A DNA stretch of 64,000 nucleotides from Macrostomum hystrix (taxonomy: Eukaryota > Animalia > Platyhelminthes), in NCBI GenBank assembly GCA_950097015.1, contig CATNEN010000039.1:4154001-4218000 (forward strand), in the 5' to 3' direction. Both the position numbers and the translations under genes were made by a program. The notes beneath the pieces were generated by a model. The model did no database searches, was not told the DNA's origin, and saw only the letters and a list, made by a program, of their open reading frames with translations. This document shows, piece by piece, positions 63,292 to 64,000 of this stretch. Positions within the stretch are counted from its first letter, which is position 1, and each line of letters opens with the position of its first letter.

Positions 63292-63504
63292 TATTTACAT
63301 ACATAACATATTGATAATGGTCTACGGCCTTTGTTGAAAGCTAAATGCTTAGTTAAACAAAAAATCCTTCTTTATATTAATACCTACTTTTGGTGCTTAA
63401 TAATACTCAGCTTGCTCTATGGCAATTATGTACTTTGTTGTTTCGCAGTTCAAAGCAACTTGTTGTTCGGATGTGAGGTTTGCATGGACTGTACTCAATG
63501 CTTG

Positions 63505-63692
63505 TAGCCTGTGGAGCGACTGAACTCGATGGTTCGACCGAGAGATCCGAAGTTCGAATCTAAGCCAAAATGAGACACTTAATAACCCTTCAGTTCACCC
63601 GGATATTAAATTGGTTTCGGGAATTTGCTGGGTATGAATCTCGTTGTGGCGATCCCCCAGTCCATGGACTGAACAGCTGTACGCAGCCTTAA
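63505..63692 (+). mobile_element. SINE family B copy
   Basis: GTTCGAATC B box, CTTCAGTTCACCC core and CCAGTCCATGGACTGAACAGCTGTACGCAGCCTT. Confidence 0.65.
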
Positions 63693-64000
63693 CAGTAGAA
63701 AGACCACGCTATCCCCCTGGGGTAATACTACGCGCTTTTTCAAATGCCCACTGCCTACCTGATGATAATTAAATATATCATCAATAAAATTTAGTCAAAA
63801 AACATCGCCTAAATGGTTACACGATGAATGATTATAATTACACGATGAAATTTTGTTAGCAGTATTTTTTACCTACATTGATGGCTTTTGCCACCGGACA
63901 CACCGACGAGAGCATTGAATATCACGACAATGCGGATGTTATGTGGTTAGAGTGGAAAATTTTAACCCACGTTCTGGAATTTCATGGAAATTAGTTGAAT

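Overview
This is eukaryotic (animal) genomic DNA with GT-AG introns. The gene content, GC-rich exons and a different minisatellite in almost every long intron resemble a free-living flatworm such as Macrostomum; this is an inference, not verified. Seven host genes were reconstructed by hand-splicing: an unknown coiled-coil gene (-), a Ski/SnoN co-repressor (+), atypical PKC (-), then a tightly packed co-oriented run of Rab18, BRD7/9, MMADHC and TECPR1 (+, truncated by the window end) that looks like a trans-spliced operon. Mobile DNA comprises an intron-rich, apparently intact, divergent hAT-like transposase gene antisense in Rab18 intron 1 (with a long-TIR DD34D mariner inside one of its introns), an intact DD34E Tc1, a non-autonomous P-element with a THAP remnant, a solo LTR inside a minisatellite, a Mutator-like MITE and two tRNA-derived SINE families. 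About 28 minisatellite arrays (units 16-53 bp, mode 23 bp, often built of ~11-bp submodules) are present, and TAGGCCTA footprint-like motifs cluster in the aPKC/Rab18 divergent promoter region. There is no CRISPR array, rRNA or genuine tRNA gene. All calls were made by eye without database searches; repeat boundaries are approximate.
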